Shown here: piece after piece, positions 17,105 to 26,879 of the stretch
Numbering within the stretch: the stretch's first letter is position 1
How the letters are laid out: every line of letters starts with the position of its first letter
Source of the DNA: an uncultured virus (IMG/VR IMGVR_UViG_3300037419_002203)
Taxonomy: Duplodnaviria > Heunggongvirae > Uroviricota > Caudoviricetes
Virus record (IMG/VR): IMGVR_UViG_3300037419_002203
Location: 62,001-117,930 of that record
Reading direction: 5' to 3' (one strand)
DNA length: 55,930 bases
Program-made: the position numbers and the translations under genes
Notes under the pieces: generated by a model
What the model saw: the letters and a program-made list of their open reading frames with translations, nothing else
What the model was told of the DNA's origin: nothing
Databases searched by the model: none

Positions 17105-17497
17105 ATGGCTGCCACAACCCCCGTGTACAAAGTCGGCGACAAAGCCAAAGTCGTCAACGGTCTCTCGTACCACAACCAGGTCGGTGTCGTTCTCGACGTG
17201 ACGGTTGGAGGCATTCTGCTAAAGCTTGCAGACAACTCGCTCTACTTCCCGTTCTCGGACGTGGAGCCGGTTGCTGCGACACAGCGAGTTGTGATCGTGC
17301 GTACTGATTGCCCCAGGACCAGCATTGACTGGCCCGAAGGCAACTACAAGCCGTACGTCGGCATGATCCTGCTGAGCAAAACCAAGTCGAAGATCATCAA
17401 GGTCTACGAGGTCAAGGACATCCACTTCGATCCCGATTGGACGCCGGTCTTGCACCTGACCGAGCGCAGCAATTCCCCTGTGGAGGTGACCCTGTGA
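17105..17497 (+). CDS. KOW/SH3-like domain protein
   Basis: YKVGDKAKVVNG...NQVGVV pattern. Confidence 0.55.
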   Translation: MAATTPVYKVGDKAKVVNGLSYHNQVGVVLDVTVGGILLKLADNSLYFPFSDVEPVAATQRVVIVRTDCPRTSIDWPEGNYKPYVGMILLSKTKSKIIKVYEVKDIHFDPDWTPVLHLTERSNSPVEVTL

Positions 17498-17721
17498 GCG
17501 CCGACATCCTCATCAACTACGATGACCAGTTCATCGCTCTCTACAACAACGTGCGGGGTAAGAACGACCCCGGCAGTCAGATGATCCTGGCTGCACTGCT
17601 GCAGGCGGATGCCAACCACCGCCTGGCGCAAGCGGTCAACGACCTGGTCACCAAGATCGCCGGGACGATTCCGGTCGAGATCGTGAACGCGCTCCGCATG
17701 GAGGTTCCCGATGGCAAGTGA
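17494..17721 (+). CDS. Hypothetical protein
   Basis: GGAGGT SD, GTGA overlap. Confidence 0.6.
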   Translation: MSADILINYDDQFIALYNNVRGKNDPGSQMILAALLQADANHRLAQAVNDLVTKIAGTIPVEIVNALRMEVPDGK

Positions 17722-17977
17722 AGGTGATGTGTTCGCTTCGGGGATCTTGATCACCGTCCTCGCCGTGATGGTGGTAGGCGGCATCTTCCTCTTCGGGAAT
17801 AGCCTAGGCGCTGGCCCCAATGCTGCCATTCCCGGAGAGCTGCGTTGGTTGCAGACCTCTCAAGGTCACGCCTTTCTGGTAGAGAACGCCCACCACCAGC
17901 AGAAGATCGTGGTCGACTTCACCAACCAGCATGTCATCGTGGATGTGCCCGCCAGCACACCCGTCAGCCGACCTTGA
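17711..17977 (+). CDS. Small membrane-anchored protein
   Basis: GGAGGT SD; N-terminal TM. Confidence 0.6.
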   Translation: MASEGDVFASGILITVLAVMVVGGIFLFGNSLGAGPNAAIPGELRWLQTSQGHAFLVENAHHQQKIVVDFTNQHVIVDVPASTPVSRP

Positions 17978-17989
17978 AGGAGTACTGCC

Positions 17990-18349
17990 GTGTCCGACTT
18001 GACCCCCGAACAGGTAGCCCAACGCGAGCTGCGCCAAGACCGTCGGCTTGACGCGCTGAAGGTTGCAGGTTACATCGACCAGGACGACACCGATCCGGTC
18101 AACACACGGCGGTACATCATCGTCTACCACGCCAGCATCATCGTGACGTGCTTCGGCGCGATCGATGCCGATACGCTCGAAGAGGTGGGCAAGGTCATCG
18201 AGCAGATCGACATCCAGCAAGGCAGCATCAAGAAGGTGATCGACCTGGACACCAACCAGCCGGTCAAGTTCGTGATCAAGCGCAATGTCTGGGTTGAGTT
18301 CCCCGACGAAAAGTCCGATTCCTTGTCGGACACGGGGGTAGGCCAGTGA
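17990..18349 (+). CDS. Hypothetical protein
   Basis: AAGGAG SD. Confidence 0.7.
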   Translation: MSDLTPEQVAQRELRQDRRLDALKVAGYIDQDDTDPVNTRRYIIVYHASIIVTCFGAIDADTLEEVGKVIEQIDIQQGSIKKVIDLDTNQPVKFVIKRNVWVEFPDEKSDSLSDTGVGQ

Positions 18350-18573
18350 GCATCCCAGCCCATAAGGTAGGACGCCAATCCGATCCGTGCCGGGACTGCA
18401 GCAAGCCCATCGGCAATCAGGGACAGTGGTACCCCCACCCCTTCCACGGCCACAAGCCCTACGGCCGTTGTCCGTCCTGCGTGCAGGCGGTTTGGGAGAA
18501 GATGCTGGCCCAGGTGCCGCCAGCACCCCCGGAATCCTCACGGAACCAGCTGCAGGAAGGAGGCGAGGCGTGA
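18346..18573 (+). CDS. Small zinc-finger-like protein
   Basis: CRDC...CPSC; GTGA overlaps. Confidence 0.55.
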   Translation: MSIPAHKVGRQSDPCRDCSKPIGNQGQWYPHPFHGHKPYGRCPSCVQAVWEKMLAQVPPAPPESSRNQLQEGGEA

Positions 18574-18965
18574 CCTCGACGGAAATCAATGAAGGTATAG
18601 AGAAGCTGGCGGATGGCCTCGACATGGGCGAGCCGGTAGCCATCAAGGGCTTGGAGATGACCGGCAAGGTCATCCCATACATTGGCTGGTACTGGCGCGA
18701 GGTGAACTTCGACAGTCCCATCACGCTGGGTCACTGTGGCCGCTTCGCCGGCTTCATGGAAAACAACAAGTGGGGGTACGACGAGCGGACGCTAACAGCC
18801 GAACAAAGCGCTGAGGTGCGCCGGCAGGCCGAGAACCTCGTGCGCCTGGCTGGTCTGGGCAATCCTATCGAGACGGAGTTACAGACCTTCTGCGATACCA
18901 TCCAGGCGTCCTGGTCGGCATCCCAGCGGAACGCGGCACAGGAAGGAGGAAGCCATGCGACCTAG
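18570..18965 (+). CDS. Hypothetical protein
   Basis: AAGGAGG SD. Confidence 0.65.
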   Translation: MTSTEINEGIEKLADGLDMGEPVAIKGLEMTGKVIPYIGWYWREVNFDSPITLGHCGRFAGFMENNKWGYDERTLTAEQSAEVRRQAENLVRLAGLGNPIETELQTFCDTIQASWSASQRNAAQEGGSHAT

Positions 18966-19209
18966 CATCATCCCTAGCAGCGCACCGGTGCTGCACGAGG
19001 TAGAACTGCGCGACCGCGTTCGGCTTCATCCGGAACACCTTGCCACGTTGACGCACGAACGGGATCGCTTTGCCGGTGAGCTTGAAAGCATCGCCCTGCA
19101 CCTGGGCGTCAACACCGACCGCGAGGACTTCGGCGAAGTGATCGCGGACATCCACGCCAAGCTCGCAGTGCTTCTGCCTGTATCCAGCGAGGTCCAGCCC
19201 AATGAGTGA
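18955..19209 (+). CDS. Hypothetical protein
   Basis: GGAGG SD. Confidence 0.55.
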   Translation: MRPSIIPSSAPVLHEVELRDRVRLHPEHLATLTHERDRFAGELESIALHLGVNTDREDFGEVIADIHAKLAVLLPVSSEVQPNE

Positions 19210-19555
19210 GCGTTTGCACGAGATCGCAAACCGGCTGAGCGCGGCAACTCCAGCCCCGTGGGAGGTGCGAGACATGCACAGCACCTTCCATAGCGCCGTC
19301 GTGTTCCACGGTCGCCACGAGAAGAACCAGACCATCATCCAATGGCTCAATGGCTACAACCGGCCTGCCGACCTGGCCCTTGTTGTCAACGCGCCTGCCG
19401 ACCTGGCGGATCTCGTCCGGGTAGCCAAGGCCGCCAAGGATGTTTGCTCCCAGGTGGCGGAGTTCGGCCAGGTCGTGGACAGCGAGACGATGGATGCTCT
19501 GTTCAACGCGCTGGCCGCGCTGGACACCCCGGTAGCCAACAAGGACCGGCCCTGA
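19202..19555 (+). CDS. Ead/Ea22-like phage protein
   Basis: AATPAPW...ADLALVVNAP motif pattern. Confidence 0.55.
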   Translation: MSERLHEIANRLSAATPAPWEVRDMHSTFHSAVVFHGRHEKNQTIIQWLNGYNRPADLALVVNAPADLADLVRVAKAAKDVCSQVAEFGQVVDSETMDALFNALAALDTPVANKDRP

Positions 19556-19770
19556 TGCCCCAAGCCTGCTACAAGTGCTACCGATGCGGCAAGGACCTAG
19601 AGCCCGGCTATACGGGCTATTGCGGGATGCGCTGCTACAAGAAAGGACCTGTATTCATGGCCCCGTGGAACGCTGCGGTGATCGGCAAGGTGATGGACGA
19701 CGAGCGACGGGCGGCCAATCCGTTCTGGGACCAGCACGGCCCGGTATCCACGCAGGACATGACCAAGTAA
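19555..19770 (+). CDS. Small Cys-rich protein
   Basis: CYKCYRC...YCGMRC. Confidence 0.55.
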   Translation: MPQACYKCYRCGKDLEPGYTGYCGMRCYKKGPVFMAPWNAAVIGKVMDDERRAANPFWDQHGPVSTQDMTK

Positions 19771-19793
19771 CCACAGCCGAAAGGAGCCCTTTC

Positions 19794-20459
19794 ATGACCC
19801 ATCTCCAGGAAGTCACCCACCCGCTCTGGTTCCATCACGGTAACACGACAGGTACCGAGTTGTTGACCATCCGGTACCCCGCTCTCGACAAGTGCCCAGC
19901 CTTCGCCCGGTCGTTCCAAGCAGTGACGTTCACGGGTGAAGAGCACATTCTGCGGCTGTTGACCGCCGTGGATGCGTTGTTCTCCTACGCGACGAAGTAC
20001 CCGAACGCGCAGGCTACGCACGAAGGTACCTGGGGATCGGTCACCAGCAAGAACGATGGCCTCTTCTACCTCCAGGACAACCAGAAGAATGTGTTCCCGG
20101 TCAACCTGTTCGGGCTGTACCACATCGTGGACAGCTTCTGTACGGGTGAACACTCAACAATGCAGCGGCTTACCAGGGTGGTCAACGCCCGTCAGGAGCG
20201 CGCGCTGTACCCACCTACCCAGCAGTTAATCGACCAACTCGTGAAGGTGACCGAGGATGTGGGTGCTCGTCTGAACGGCGTGAGGTTGCGCGCCGACTTC
20301 GCTGATACCACGGCGCGTTTGATCGAACGCGCGGGTCAGCTCGACTCGCTCAATCGTGGGTTGCTGGACCTGATCGAGGCTTACGGGCTCAAGCCTTCAC
20401 CCAAGTACAACAACTACGATGCCTGGCGCATCTCCAAGATCATCGCGGAGGCCAAATGA
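19794..20459 (+). CDS. Hypothetical protein
   Basis: Start-associated motif and ATG. Confidence 0.7.
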   Translation: MTHLQEVTHPLWFHHGNTTGTELLTIRYPALDKCPAFARSFQAVTFTGEEHILRLLTAVDALFSYATKYPNAQATHEGTWGSVTSKNDGLFYLQDNQKNVFPVNLFGLYHIVDSFCTGEHSTMQRLTRVVNARQERALYPPTQQLIDQLVKVTEDVGARLNGVRLRADFADTTARLIERAGQLDSLNRGLLDLIEAYGLKPSPKYNNYDAWRISKIIAEAK

Positions 20460-20917
20460 GTGTTCACCTGATCGCGGAGTTCAAAGGGAAGTACCACTTC
20501 CTGAGCAACTTCTACATCGCGCCGGTTACCCTCTGGCACCCGCTGTTCGGCGAACAGCGTTACCCCACGACCGAGCACGCCTACCAGGCAGCGAAGTGCG
20601 AGAACCGCGAAGGCCACGATCTGATCCAAGTGGCGGGCACACCGGGCAATGCCAAGCGCATGGGTGCCATTGCCAAGCTGCGACCGGACTGGGAGCAGAT
20701 CAAGGACAACGTCATGACGGCGGTCGTCGGGGCCAAGTTCGCCCAGCACGATGCGCTGCACGCGCAGCTACTCGCAACCGGTGATGCCTACCTGATGGAA
20801 GGCAACGAGCACGGCGATAAGATCTGGGGCTGCGTGGAGCACGTCAGCGGCGAATGGATAGGCGAGAACCGACTGGGTCGGATTCTCATGAAGCTGCGGA
20901 AGGAGCTGCGCGGATGA
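20456..20917 (+). CDS. NADAR (YbiA-like) family protein
   Basis: FLSNFY...YPTTEHAYQAAK...KFAQH...LLATGD...D.IWG...GENRLGRILM. Confidence 0.92.
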   Translation: MSVHLIAEFKGKYHFLSNFYIAPVTLWHPLFGEQRYPTTEHAYQAAKCENREGHDLIQVAGTPGNAKRMGAIAKLRPDWEQIKDNVMTAVVGAKFAQHDALHAQLLATGDAYLMEGNEHGDKIWGCVEHVSGEWIGENRLGRILMKLRKELRG

Positions 20918-21243
20918 ACGATCAAGTGGTCCTCCTGGGGTGTTACCATCCCTCTTGTCGGGGTGTCACCCCGGTCGCCATCCACAACACGGACCACGCC
21001 GAATGGACCTGCGTGGCGTGCGGTTGGTACAACTACCACGACACCGCCTTCAATCGGTTCTACGCCCTCGACCCCAACGAGGACGCGAAGAAGGACTTCC
21101 CTAACGCCACCTGGTCCAGCGAAGCCGTCGTGGCGCAGGTCGAGTCCCACCCGGCCAAGACCCGAAGGGTTGTCCATGGGGTAGGACTGGTCTTGCTGAT
21201 CGCAATGTTCCTGCTACTATGGAGGAATGGTTGGGTTAAGTAG
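20914..21243 (+). CDS. Zinc-finger protein with C-terminal TM
   Basis: CYHPSC...CVAC; hydrophobic tail. Confidence 0.55.
   Translation: MNDQVVLLGCYHPSCRGVTPVAIHNTDHAEWTCVACGWYNYHDTAFNRFYALDPNEDAKKDFPNATWSSEAVVAQVESHPAKTRRVVHGVGLVLLIAMFLLLWRNGWVK
21193..21220 (+). promoter_or_regulatory. Putative sigma70-type promoter
   Basis: TTGCTG-N16-TACTAT with TG extended -10. Confidence 0.45.
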
Positions 21244-21262
21244 GAACGACGCAGGAGGTTTC

Positions 21263-21589
21263 ATGTCACTACCGGCACCTCGCTTGGAAAAGCGGGACGA
21301 GGTTCAGGTCATCGCGGGTGACCAAATCGGCCTCACGGGCAAGGTCATCAACATTCTCCAAGGTGCTGGTAGCAGGATCGTCGTACAGTTCGGTCCTGCC
21401 GTGTTTGGTACTTTCACCAGCAACGAACTCAAACGCGTGTCGAAAGGAGCCGTCGTTGTCCAACCTCAAGTTGTTGAAACTGCACAAGTCGAAGAATGCT
21501 CTGTTGGAGGATCTTCGGCGCTTGGTGCAGGCGGGAATCACGCCGAAGTCCGGCCCCTGGAACTCCGAAACCTTAGGCTGGACCCGTGA
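21263..21589 (+). CDS. KOW-domain protein
   Basis: DEVQVIAGDQIGLTGKV; AGGAGG SD. Confidence 0.55.
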   Translation: MSLPAPRLEKRDEVQVIAGDQIGLTGKVINILQGAGSRIVVQFGPAVFGTFTSNELKRVSKGAVVVQPQVVETAQVEECSVGGSSALGAGGNHAEVRPLELRNLRLDP

Positions 21590-22565
21590 CACCTGGAATC
21601 GCGCCCAAGAACTGGACATCCAGCTCCTCTCGCGCAATCTCTACTCCGAGCGGTTGGGTCCGCTGCGCGAGGTTGTGAAGCAGCTGCATCTCGAAGAAGG
21701 GGTGCCTCACGCGGGCTTCGCCAAGGTCAGCTTGGGCGGCGATGCCCAGGACATGATCAAAGACCTCGCGATCTTCTACCTCGTGTACCGGTATTTCCCG
21801 GAGCGCGACAAGGCGAACCAAGGTCGAGGTGGGTGGAGTCTGTCTACCATCCGCTGTGCCAAGAACAGCGGCATCTCGCTTGCGAGCGTGACCAAGTACA
21901 AGTACTGGTTCGGCAGCGTCGACGAAGCCGAGCAGCTGGCACTGCAGCTCATCCGCCACGGCTACAACGGTAACCAACCCGTGACGGGCATCATGTCGCA
22001 GCTGAACTTCGTTCCGCCGCACGTCAACAAGCGCAGCTTCATCAACTTCATCCAGCAACACCCACGTTGGAACCTCAAACCCAATCAACCTCTACCCATC
22101 CCCGTGCTCGCCGCCCCCGAGGAGGAGCCCACCGTGGACCCGACCCCAACCAGCCCCTTCGCTGGCTTGACCAAGCTGTTCGACCAACCCAAGGAGACCT
22201 CACCCGTGGACTACTCGACCGCGAGCAGCCCTGCGCCCGCACCAACTCCCCAACCCACCGAGATGCCTGCTCAGTTGACGCCGAAGTACCTGCCTGGCAC
22301 GATCGTGTTGGTCAGCTACAATCCGGGACAGTGGACGCTTGCTCAGGTGGATGAAGTGGTCGTGCGCTGGACGCGCACCGGGACTTCCGAGTTCGCCTAC
22401 AAGGTGACCGACTCGAACGGTACGCAGGAGACCATGACCAAGCGCTCCAGCATCATCAGCCCTGACGAGTTTGTCGACCAGCTCGCGAGTCTTGCCCAGT
22501 TGGCAGAGAAGCGCGAACTGCCGCTCAACGAGTGGCGCGACGAGCACCCTCTTACCAGTACCTAG
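21456..22565 (+). CDS. Hypothetical protein with Pro-rich linker and C-terminal SH3-like pattern
   Basis: CGAAAGGAGCC and TTG start. Confidence 0.7.
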   Translation: MSNLKLLKLHKSKNALLEDLRRLVQAGITPKSGPWNSETLGWTRDTWNRAQELDIQLLSRNLYSERLGPLREVVKQLHLEEGVPHAGFAKVSLGGDAQDMIKDLAIFYLVYRYFPERDKANQGRGGWSLSTIRCAKNSGISLASVTKYKYWFGSVDEAEQLALQLIRHGYNGNQPVTGIMSQLNFVPPHVNKRSFINFIQQHPRWNLKPNQPLPIPVLAAPEEEPTVDPTPTSPFAGLTKLFDQPKETSPVDYSTASSPAPAPTPQPTEMPAQLTPKYLPGTIVLVSYNPGQWTLAQVDEVVVRWTRTGTSEFAYKVTDSNGTQETMTKRSSIISPDEFVDQLASLAQLAEKRELPLNEWRDEHPLTST

Positions 22566-22595
22566 GCGGGTCTCCGCCTCGAAAGGACGTGACCC

Positions 22596-22982
22596 TTGAC
22601 CAGCAACGTGACCAACATCATCGCCTTCAGCCACCGTCTCCACATCGAGGCGGAGAGCCGCTTGGCGAAGTTGTACCCCGGCGCCGTCTTCCACGAGATG
22701 CTGTACCACTGCGAGGACCGCAACGCGCTGGAGACCGACATCGACCGCATCATGGGCGAACTCAAGGCCAAGGGCGCGCTCGATGGCCGGGTCGTCATCA
22801 CACCGCCCAGCCTTTCCGCCGCGGCGTCGCTGTTGATCATCGCGATCTTCCGCGAGACCGGCCACTTCCCCGACATCGTCAACCTCATGCAGACCGGCGC
22901 GGTGTACGTGCCTGGCTACAAGACGCCAGTGTTCCGGGGTCAGGCGTTCGGCGATCGTAGGCGCCGCGCACGCGCATCCTAG
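22596..22982 (+). CDS. Hypothetical protein
   Basis: GAAAGGA SD and TTG. Confidence 0.65.
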   Translation: MTSNVTNIIAFSHRLHIEAESRLAKLYPGAVFHEMLYHCEDRNALETDIDRIMGELKAKGALDGRVVITPPSLSAAASLLIIAIFRETGHFPDIVNLMQTGAVYVPGYKTPVFRGQAFGDRRRRARAS

Positions 22983-22997
22983 CGAGGATCGGCCACG

Positions 22998-23372
22998 ATG
23001 ACCGACAACGACCTAGACGGCCTAATCCTACTGGCCGAAGCTGGTGTACTGTTTCTCCGTGAGGAAGGTCCGTACACCCTCTACCTGGATGGCAACGAAC
23101 CATGGATGTATCTCTGGCTCGACAAGCCCAGCTTCGTCCTCAATTGGTATCGTTGGAAGCTCAGACCGGGCGGTAAGGACAAGGGCTATCCCGGCCTGAG
23201 CCAAAAGAAACTCCGCAAGTTTGCCAAGGTGCTGCGTGCCGTTGCCAAGGACGCCCGCATGCACAGCCCGCTAAGCAAGTCGATTGCTGCGGCCGTTGAG
23301 CGCCACCAGCGCACCCAGATGGAACGTCTGTACGCTACGACCAAGGACGGTTCCAAGCAGGACGCGGTTTAA
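22998..23372 (+). CDS. Hypothetical protein
   Basis: GAGG SD. Confidence 0.6.
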   Translation: MTDNDLDGLILLAEAGVLFLREEGPYTLYLDGNEPWMYLWLDKPSFVLNWYRWKLRPGGKDKGYPGLSQKKLRKFAKVLRAVAKDARMHSPLSKSIAAAVERHQRTQMERLYATTKDGSKQDAV

Positions 23373-23385
23373 CAAGGAGTTTTAG

Positions 23386-23682
23386 ATGCCTGGCTGTCCC
23401 AAGTTCGTTCAACTCAAGCACCTCCAACTCATCGACGTCCTGCGGGGTGCCGATGAGTTCCACCGCCTGCGCAACAAGGTCTCGATCGACGAGTACCTGC
23501 GCAAGCACTACCCTACGGTCCCGTGGAAGCTGATCAACCTCAAGATCGAGCGCGCCCACGATGAGGGCTACCTGGAATGCGGCGTCAGCGAACGCACCGG
23601 CTGGCTCACCTCCAAGGGGAAGGCCAAACTCCAGGAACTCGAAGAAGCCCAACTGCTGAAAGGAGCCCCCGATGCCGTGTAA
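23386..23682 (+). CDS. Hypothetical protein, winged-helix-like
   Basis: GYLECGVS.RTGWLT.KG pattern. Confidence 0.6.
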   Translation: MPGCPKFVQLKHLQLIDVLRGADEFHRLRNKVSIDEYLRKHYPTVPWKLINLKIERAHDEGYLECGVSERTGWLTSKGKAKLQELEEAQLLKGAPDAV

Positions 23683-24151
23683 CATCGTTCTCGCGATGTA
23701 CGATGCCGATCATCCCGTTGCCAAGGATGCCCAGAAGTGCACGGGCGTCACGGACACCTGCCCCGATCAAGAGTGCCTGGCGTGCAGCGTGCGGGAGTGT
23801 CCCAGCTGCGAACCGCTGCACTTCCACCACGATGGCTGTCCTGCCTGTATTCGCCAGCACGAGATGGCGATGAAGAAGCTGGACGCCGAGGTCAACCAAG
23901 CCGTGTTCCCCGGTGCGGTGAGCCTGGGTAAGTACACGTCGCCGTCCACCGACATCGAGGCGGCGATGCTCGTCCTGTGCAAGGTTCGTGGCAACCTGGA
24001 CTTCCTGATCGGCAACACGCCGGAGGGGCAGTACTATTGCTACATCGCCCTCACCAGCAACTACGGCAAGAAGGGCATCGGCGACACCATCTCCGAAGCC
24101 ATCTGCCGCTGCGCGCTGCTGGTGATGGAGTCTGGCTTGGTGAAGCTGTGA
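23672..24151 (+). CDS. Cys-rich N-terminus plus phage ABA-sandwich-like domain
   Basis: STDIEAAM...DTISEAICRCALL. Confidence 0.5.
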   Translation: MPCNIVLAMYDADHPVAKDAQKCTGVTDTCPDQECLACSVRECPSCEPLHFHHDGCPACIRQHEMAMKKLDAEVNQAVFPGAVSLGKYTSPSTDIEAAMLVLCKVRGNLDFLIGNTPEGQYYCYIALTSNYGKKGIGDTISEAICRCALLVMESGLVKL

Positions 24152-24537
24152 TCCGCGACGACATCAAGATCGAGCTGGAGGACATTGGCGAAGGTCAGTG
24201 CGGTGATTACGATCCCGAAGACCCTGACGATACGCCTCTTCTCCGCTTCTCCTGCTACGTCAAGGGCAAGCTGCGTCAGCAGATCTTGAAGGATCGTTCG
24301 TTCGATCTGGAAGACCTTACCGAGTCGAGCACGATCACCTGGGTGGCGGTCAACAACGCCTCGTTCTGCACGCAGCTGCCTGCTACCATGGACGCAGCCG
24401 ATCAAGCCCGAGCCGAAGAGTTGCTGATGAACAAGCTCTACGAGCCCATCACCTCCGGTACCGACTTGAAGCGCACTCTCGAAGAGGCCAGTTGGATCGA
24501 TCCAACGTGGCTGTCACCCAGAACAAACCCACTCTAA
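24148..24537 (+). CDS. Hypothetical protein
   Basis: GTGA overlap. Confidence 0.65.
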   Translation: MIRDDIKIELEDIGEGQCGDYDPEDPDDTPLLRFSCYVKGKLRQQILKDRSFDLEDLTESSTITWVAVNNASFCTQLPATMDAADQARAEELLMNKLYEPITSGTDLKRTLEEASWIDPTWLSPRTNPL

Positions 24538-24553
24538 GCAAGGAGTCTGCACG

Positions 24554-24856
24554 ATGAAGAGCGATCTGCTTCCCCTCACCAGCTTGGAGTTGGGAGACAT
24601 CTTCGAGTTCGAGACCGAACCGACCACGCTCGACGACCACAACGAACTGCACTTCGCCTGGCATCGGCTCGACTACATCGACCTCAAGCACTCCACGATG
24701 GAGTACACCACCCTGGCGCAAGCCGGTGATGGGGTGACCCTGCGCAAGCGCAACACACTCAACAGCACGTTCTTGGCGGAGTACCAGGTCGTCCGGCGTA
24801 GTCTGGACGACAACCCGCTACAGATCGCGCTGGAAAGCCGAAAGGAGCCTTCATGA
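24554..24856 (+). CDS. Hypothetical protein
   Basis: AAGGAG SD. Confidence 0.65.
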   Translation: MKSDLLPLTSLELGDIFEFETEPTTLDDHNELHFAWHRLDYIDLKHSTMEYTTLAQAGDGVTLRKRNTLNSTFLAEYQVVRRSLDDNPLQIALESRKEPS

Positions 24857-25506
24857 ACCCTTTGGAAGAGATCCAGCTGACCGCCCAAACGATCTACCAG
24901 CGTGAGCGGGCTCTGGAGAGCGAGTACTATACTGCCCTGCTGCAGCTCACGCTGGCGGGGCTGAAGCGCTTCAAGTTCAAGCTGCCCGTGGCCGAAGAGT
25001 TGCCTCACCAGGGCGATTGGTCGAGCAAGAACAAGGACACCATTACCCTGGTCGAAGACGAGCAGGGCGTCATACAAGCCACCTGGTTCGTCTACGACCA
25101 CAGTGGCGCGACCGAAGGCAGGCGCTACAAAGGTCCGCTGTTCGACATGCCACCCGAGGTGCAGGCGCGCACGTTCAAGTTGCTCTACTACAAGCACATG
25201 GCGCTCATGAGCGAGATGCTGGGTCGCATCCGCCATGAGGTTAGCAGCGCCTCGCGCGCCGTCGAGACCGCTCGGGAAGCTCGGCAACGCGACAAGAACC
25301 TGGAGGAGCCAAAGCCGTGCACATCAACCTCATCGTCAACGCCTACTACACCTGCAACCTCGGCCGACAAACCGACATCCAGGTCGAGAACGACAACGGC
25401 CAAGTCCGCCCGCTCTGGAGCGGCTACACCCAAGAGCGCAACGCCGTCGCCGCGGCGCAAGGCTGGGCAGACTTCTTCGGCGTCGAAGTTAGGCGCCAGT
25501 CGCTGA
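24853..25506 (+). CDS. Hypothetical protein; 3' 190 nt overlap the next gene
   Basis: Start-associated motif and ATG. Confidence 0.6.
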   Translation: MNPLEEIQLTAQTIYQRERALESEYYTALLQLTLAGLKRFKFKLPVAEELPHQGDWSSKNKDTITLVEDEQGVIQATWFVYDHSGATEGRRYKGPLFDMPPEVQARTFKLLYYKHMALMSEMLGRIRHEVSSASRAVETAREARQRDKNLEEPKPCTSTSSSTPTTPATSADKPTSRSRTTTAKSARSGAATPKSATPSPRRKAGQTSSASKLGASR

Positions 25507-25547
25507 ACGCACCCTACCCGCCCGTAGCCGAAGGAGCGTCGTACTGA
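25317..25547 (+). CDS. Hypothetical protein
   Basis: GGAGGAG SD and GTG; typical codon bias in this frame. Confidence 0.6.
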   Translation: MHINLIVNAYYTCNLGRQTDIQVENDNGQVRPLWSGYTQERNAVAAAQGWADFFGVEVRRQSLNAPYPPVAEGASY

Positions 25548-25762
25548 TGCCGCTGCCATGTAAGCGCTGCGGCGGTGAGACGTTCAACCACTACCACCAA
25601 GTGCTCTGCCGGAAGTGCACGCAGTGTCAGAGCTGTGAGTGCTGTCCGTGCGAGCAGATTGGTTGCCCCGATTGTCCAGCGGGTGGTCGCCGTGAAGGCG
25701 AAGACTCGCTGGACTACTTTGCACGTCGTATGTTCGGCGAGGAGACACAAGATGGCAAGTAA
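25547..25762 (+). CDS. Small Cys-rich protein
   Basis: Multiple CxxC. Confidence 0.55.
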   Translation: MPLPCKRCGGETFNHYHQVLCRKCTQCQSCECCPCEQIGCPDCPAGGRREGEDSLDYFARRMFGEETQDGK

Positions 25763-25976
25763 ACGGTGTCTCCGGCGTAAGTCCTGCGAGAGCAAGAAGC
25801 GCTTCGAGACGATGGAGATCGCCATCCAAATGAGCGGGCAGCGCATGCGGCAAACACAAGGTAAGTCCGGCACCCTGCACGCTTACAAGTGTCAGTTCTG
25901 CAGTGGCTACCACATGGGCCACCCACCGGGTTCGGCTAGCACCAAACCCAAACCCAAGATTTGGAGAACACGATGA
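25752..25976 (+). CDS. Small zinc-finger protein
   Basis: AYKCQFCSGYHMGH motif. Confidence 0.6.
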   Translation: MASKRCLRRKSCESKKRFETMEIAIQMSGQRMRQTQGKSGTLHAYKCQFCSGYHMGHPPGSASTKPKPKIWRTR

Positions 25977-26185
25977 ACCTGTGGATTCGCGTCTCACGCC
26001 TCTACAAGGAGCAGAATGACCTGGTCATGTTCGGACCTGGCGGCATCACCGCGTTGGAAAAGACCGACGACGGCGAGTTGACCATCCTGCGTGGTAAGGA
26101 CAGTCCTGCAGATGGGTGGGAAGTCGAGGATTCGATCAACACCCTGGAGGCCCATATCACCATCGCGATGAGGGGGAAGTCATGA
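25973..26185 (+). CDS. Hypothetical protein
   Basis: GGAG SD, ATGA overlap. Confidence 0.55.
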   Translation: MNLWIRVSRLYKEQNDLVMFGPGGITALEKTDDGELTILRGKDSPADGWEVEDSINTLEAHITIAMRGKS

Positions 26186-26658
26186 GCACCGGGTTGCCCT
26201 GCCTCTATTGTCACGCCGACCCCTGCCGCGGCGCTCCCAACTGGTGTTGCCAGGCGCTCAAGGACGTCGTCGAAGCGAACGAAGAGACCAACCGTCTCAA
26301 GAACACCGGCATCCCGACGATCCTGTTCTGCCCGGAGTGCAAGTACCAGCACGTCGACCGCGGCGAGTGGGCCACCAAGCCCCACCGTACACACCTGTGT
26401 GAGATCTGCGGTCATCTCTGGCGTCCCTTCGAGGTCGCCACCTACGGCACCACAACCCAAGACATCTTCGTGCCCGAGGTACTCGCCTCCGTCAAGAACA
26501 CACCACCCTACAAGACTCTTGGCAAGTTCATGGCCGAGGGCTACTGCCCGCACAAGCTGTTCGGCGAGGCTTGGTGGAAGACCCGTACGGCCGAATACGT
26601 CAACACCCACGGCTGCGACATCTGCCGTGTGGCTTCACGGAGGGAGCGGCCCTTCTAG
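26182..26658 (+). CDS. Zinc-ribbon protein
   Basis: CPEC..QHVD...PHRTHLCEIC. Confidence 0.65.
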   Translation: MSTGLPCLYCHADPCRGAPNWCCQALKDVVEANEETNRLKNTGIPTILFCPECKYQHVDRGEWATKPHRTHLCEICGHLWRPFEVATYGTTTQDIFVPEVLASVKNTPPYKTLGKFMAEGYCPHKLFGEAWWKTRTAEYVNTHGCDICRVASRRERPF

Positions 26659-26666
26659 GAGATCCC

Positions 26667-26879
26667 ATGAGCACCGTTCTCAGTCCCACCCACCAGTGCG
26701 CCTACGTGGTCATGCAAGAGCCCGTGACCTCGTGCAACGCACCCTGCTTCTCGTGGAGCTTCACCGGCCCCAACGGTCCGTGGGTCTCCCTCTGCCTGGA
26801 TCACATCCCGTTCTGGCCGTTCAAGGGATCGGGCGAGTTCGCGCCGCTGATTCGCCTCCCGGAGGACACCAAGTCATGA
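26667..26879 (+). CDS. Hypothetical protein
   Basis: AGGAG SD. Confidence 0.55.
   Translation: MSTVLSPTHQCAYVVMQEPVTSCNAPCFSWSFTGPNGPWVSLCLDHIPFWPFKGSGEFAPLIRLPEDTKS

Noticed and set aside
21263..21589. Ribosomal protein L24 or NusG
   Set aside because: Only a generic KOW motif; the rest of either protein is absent.
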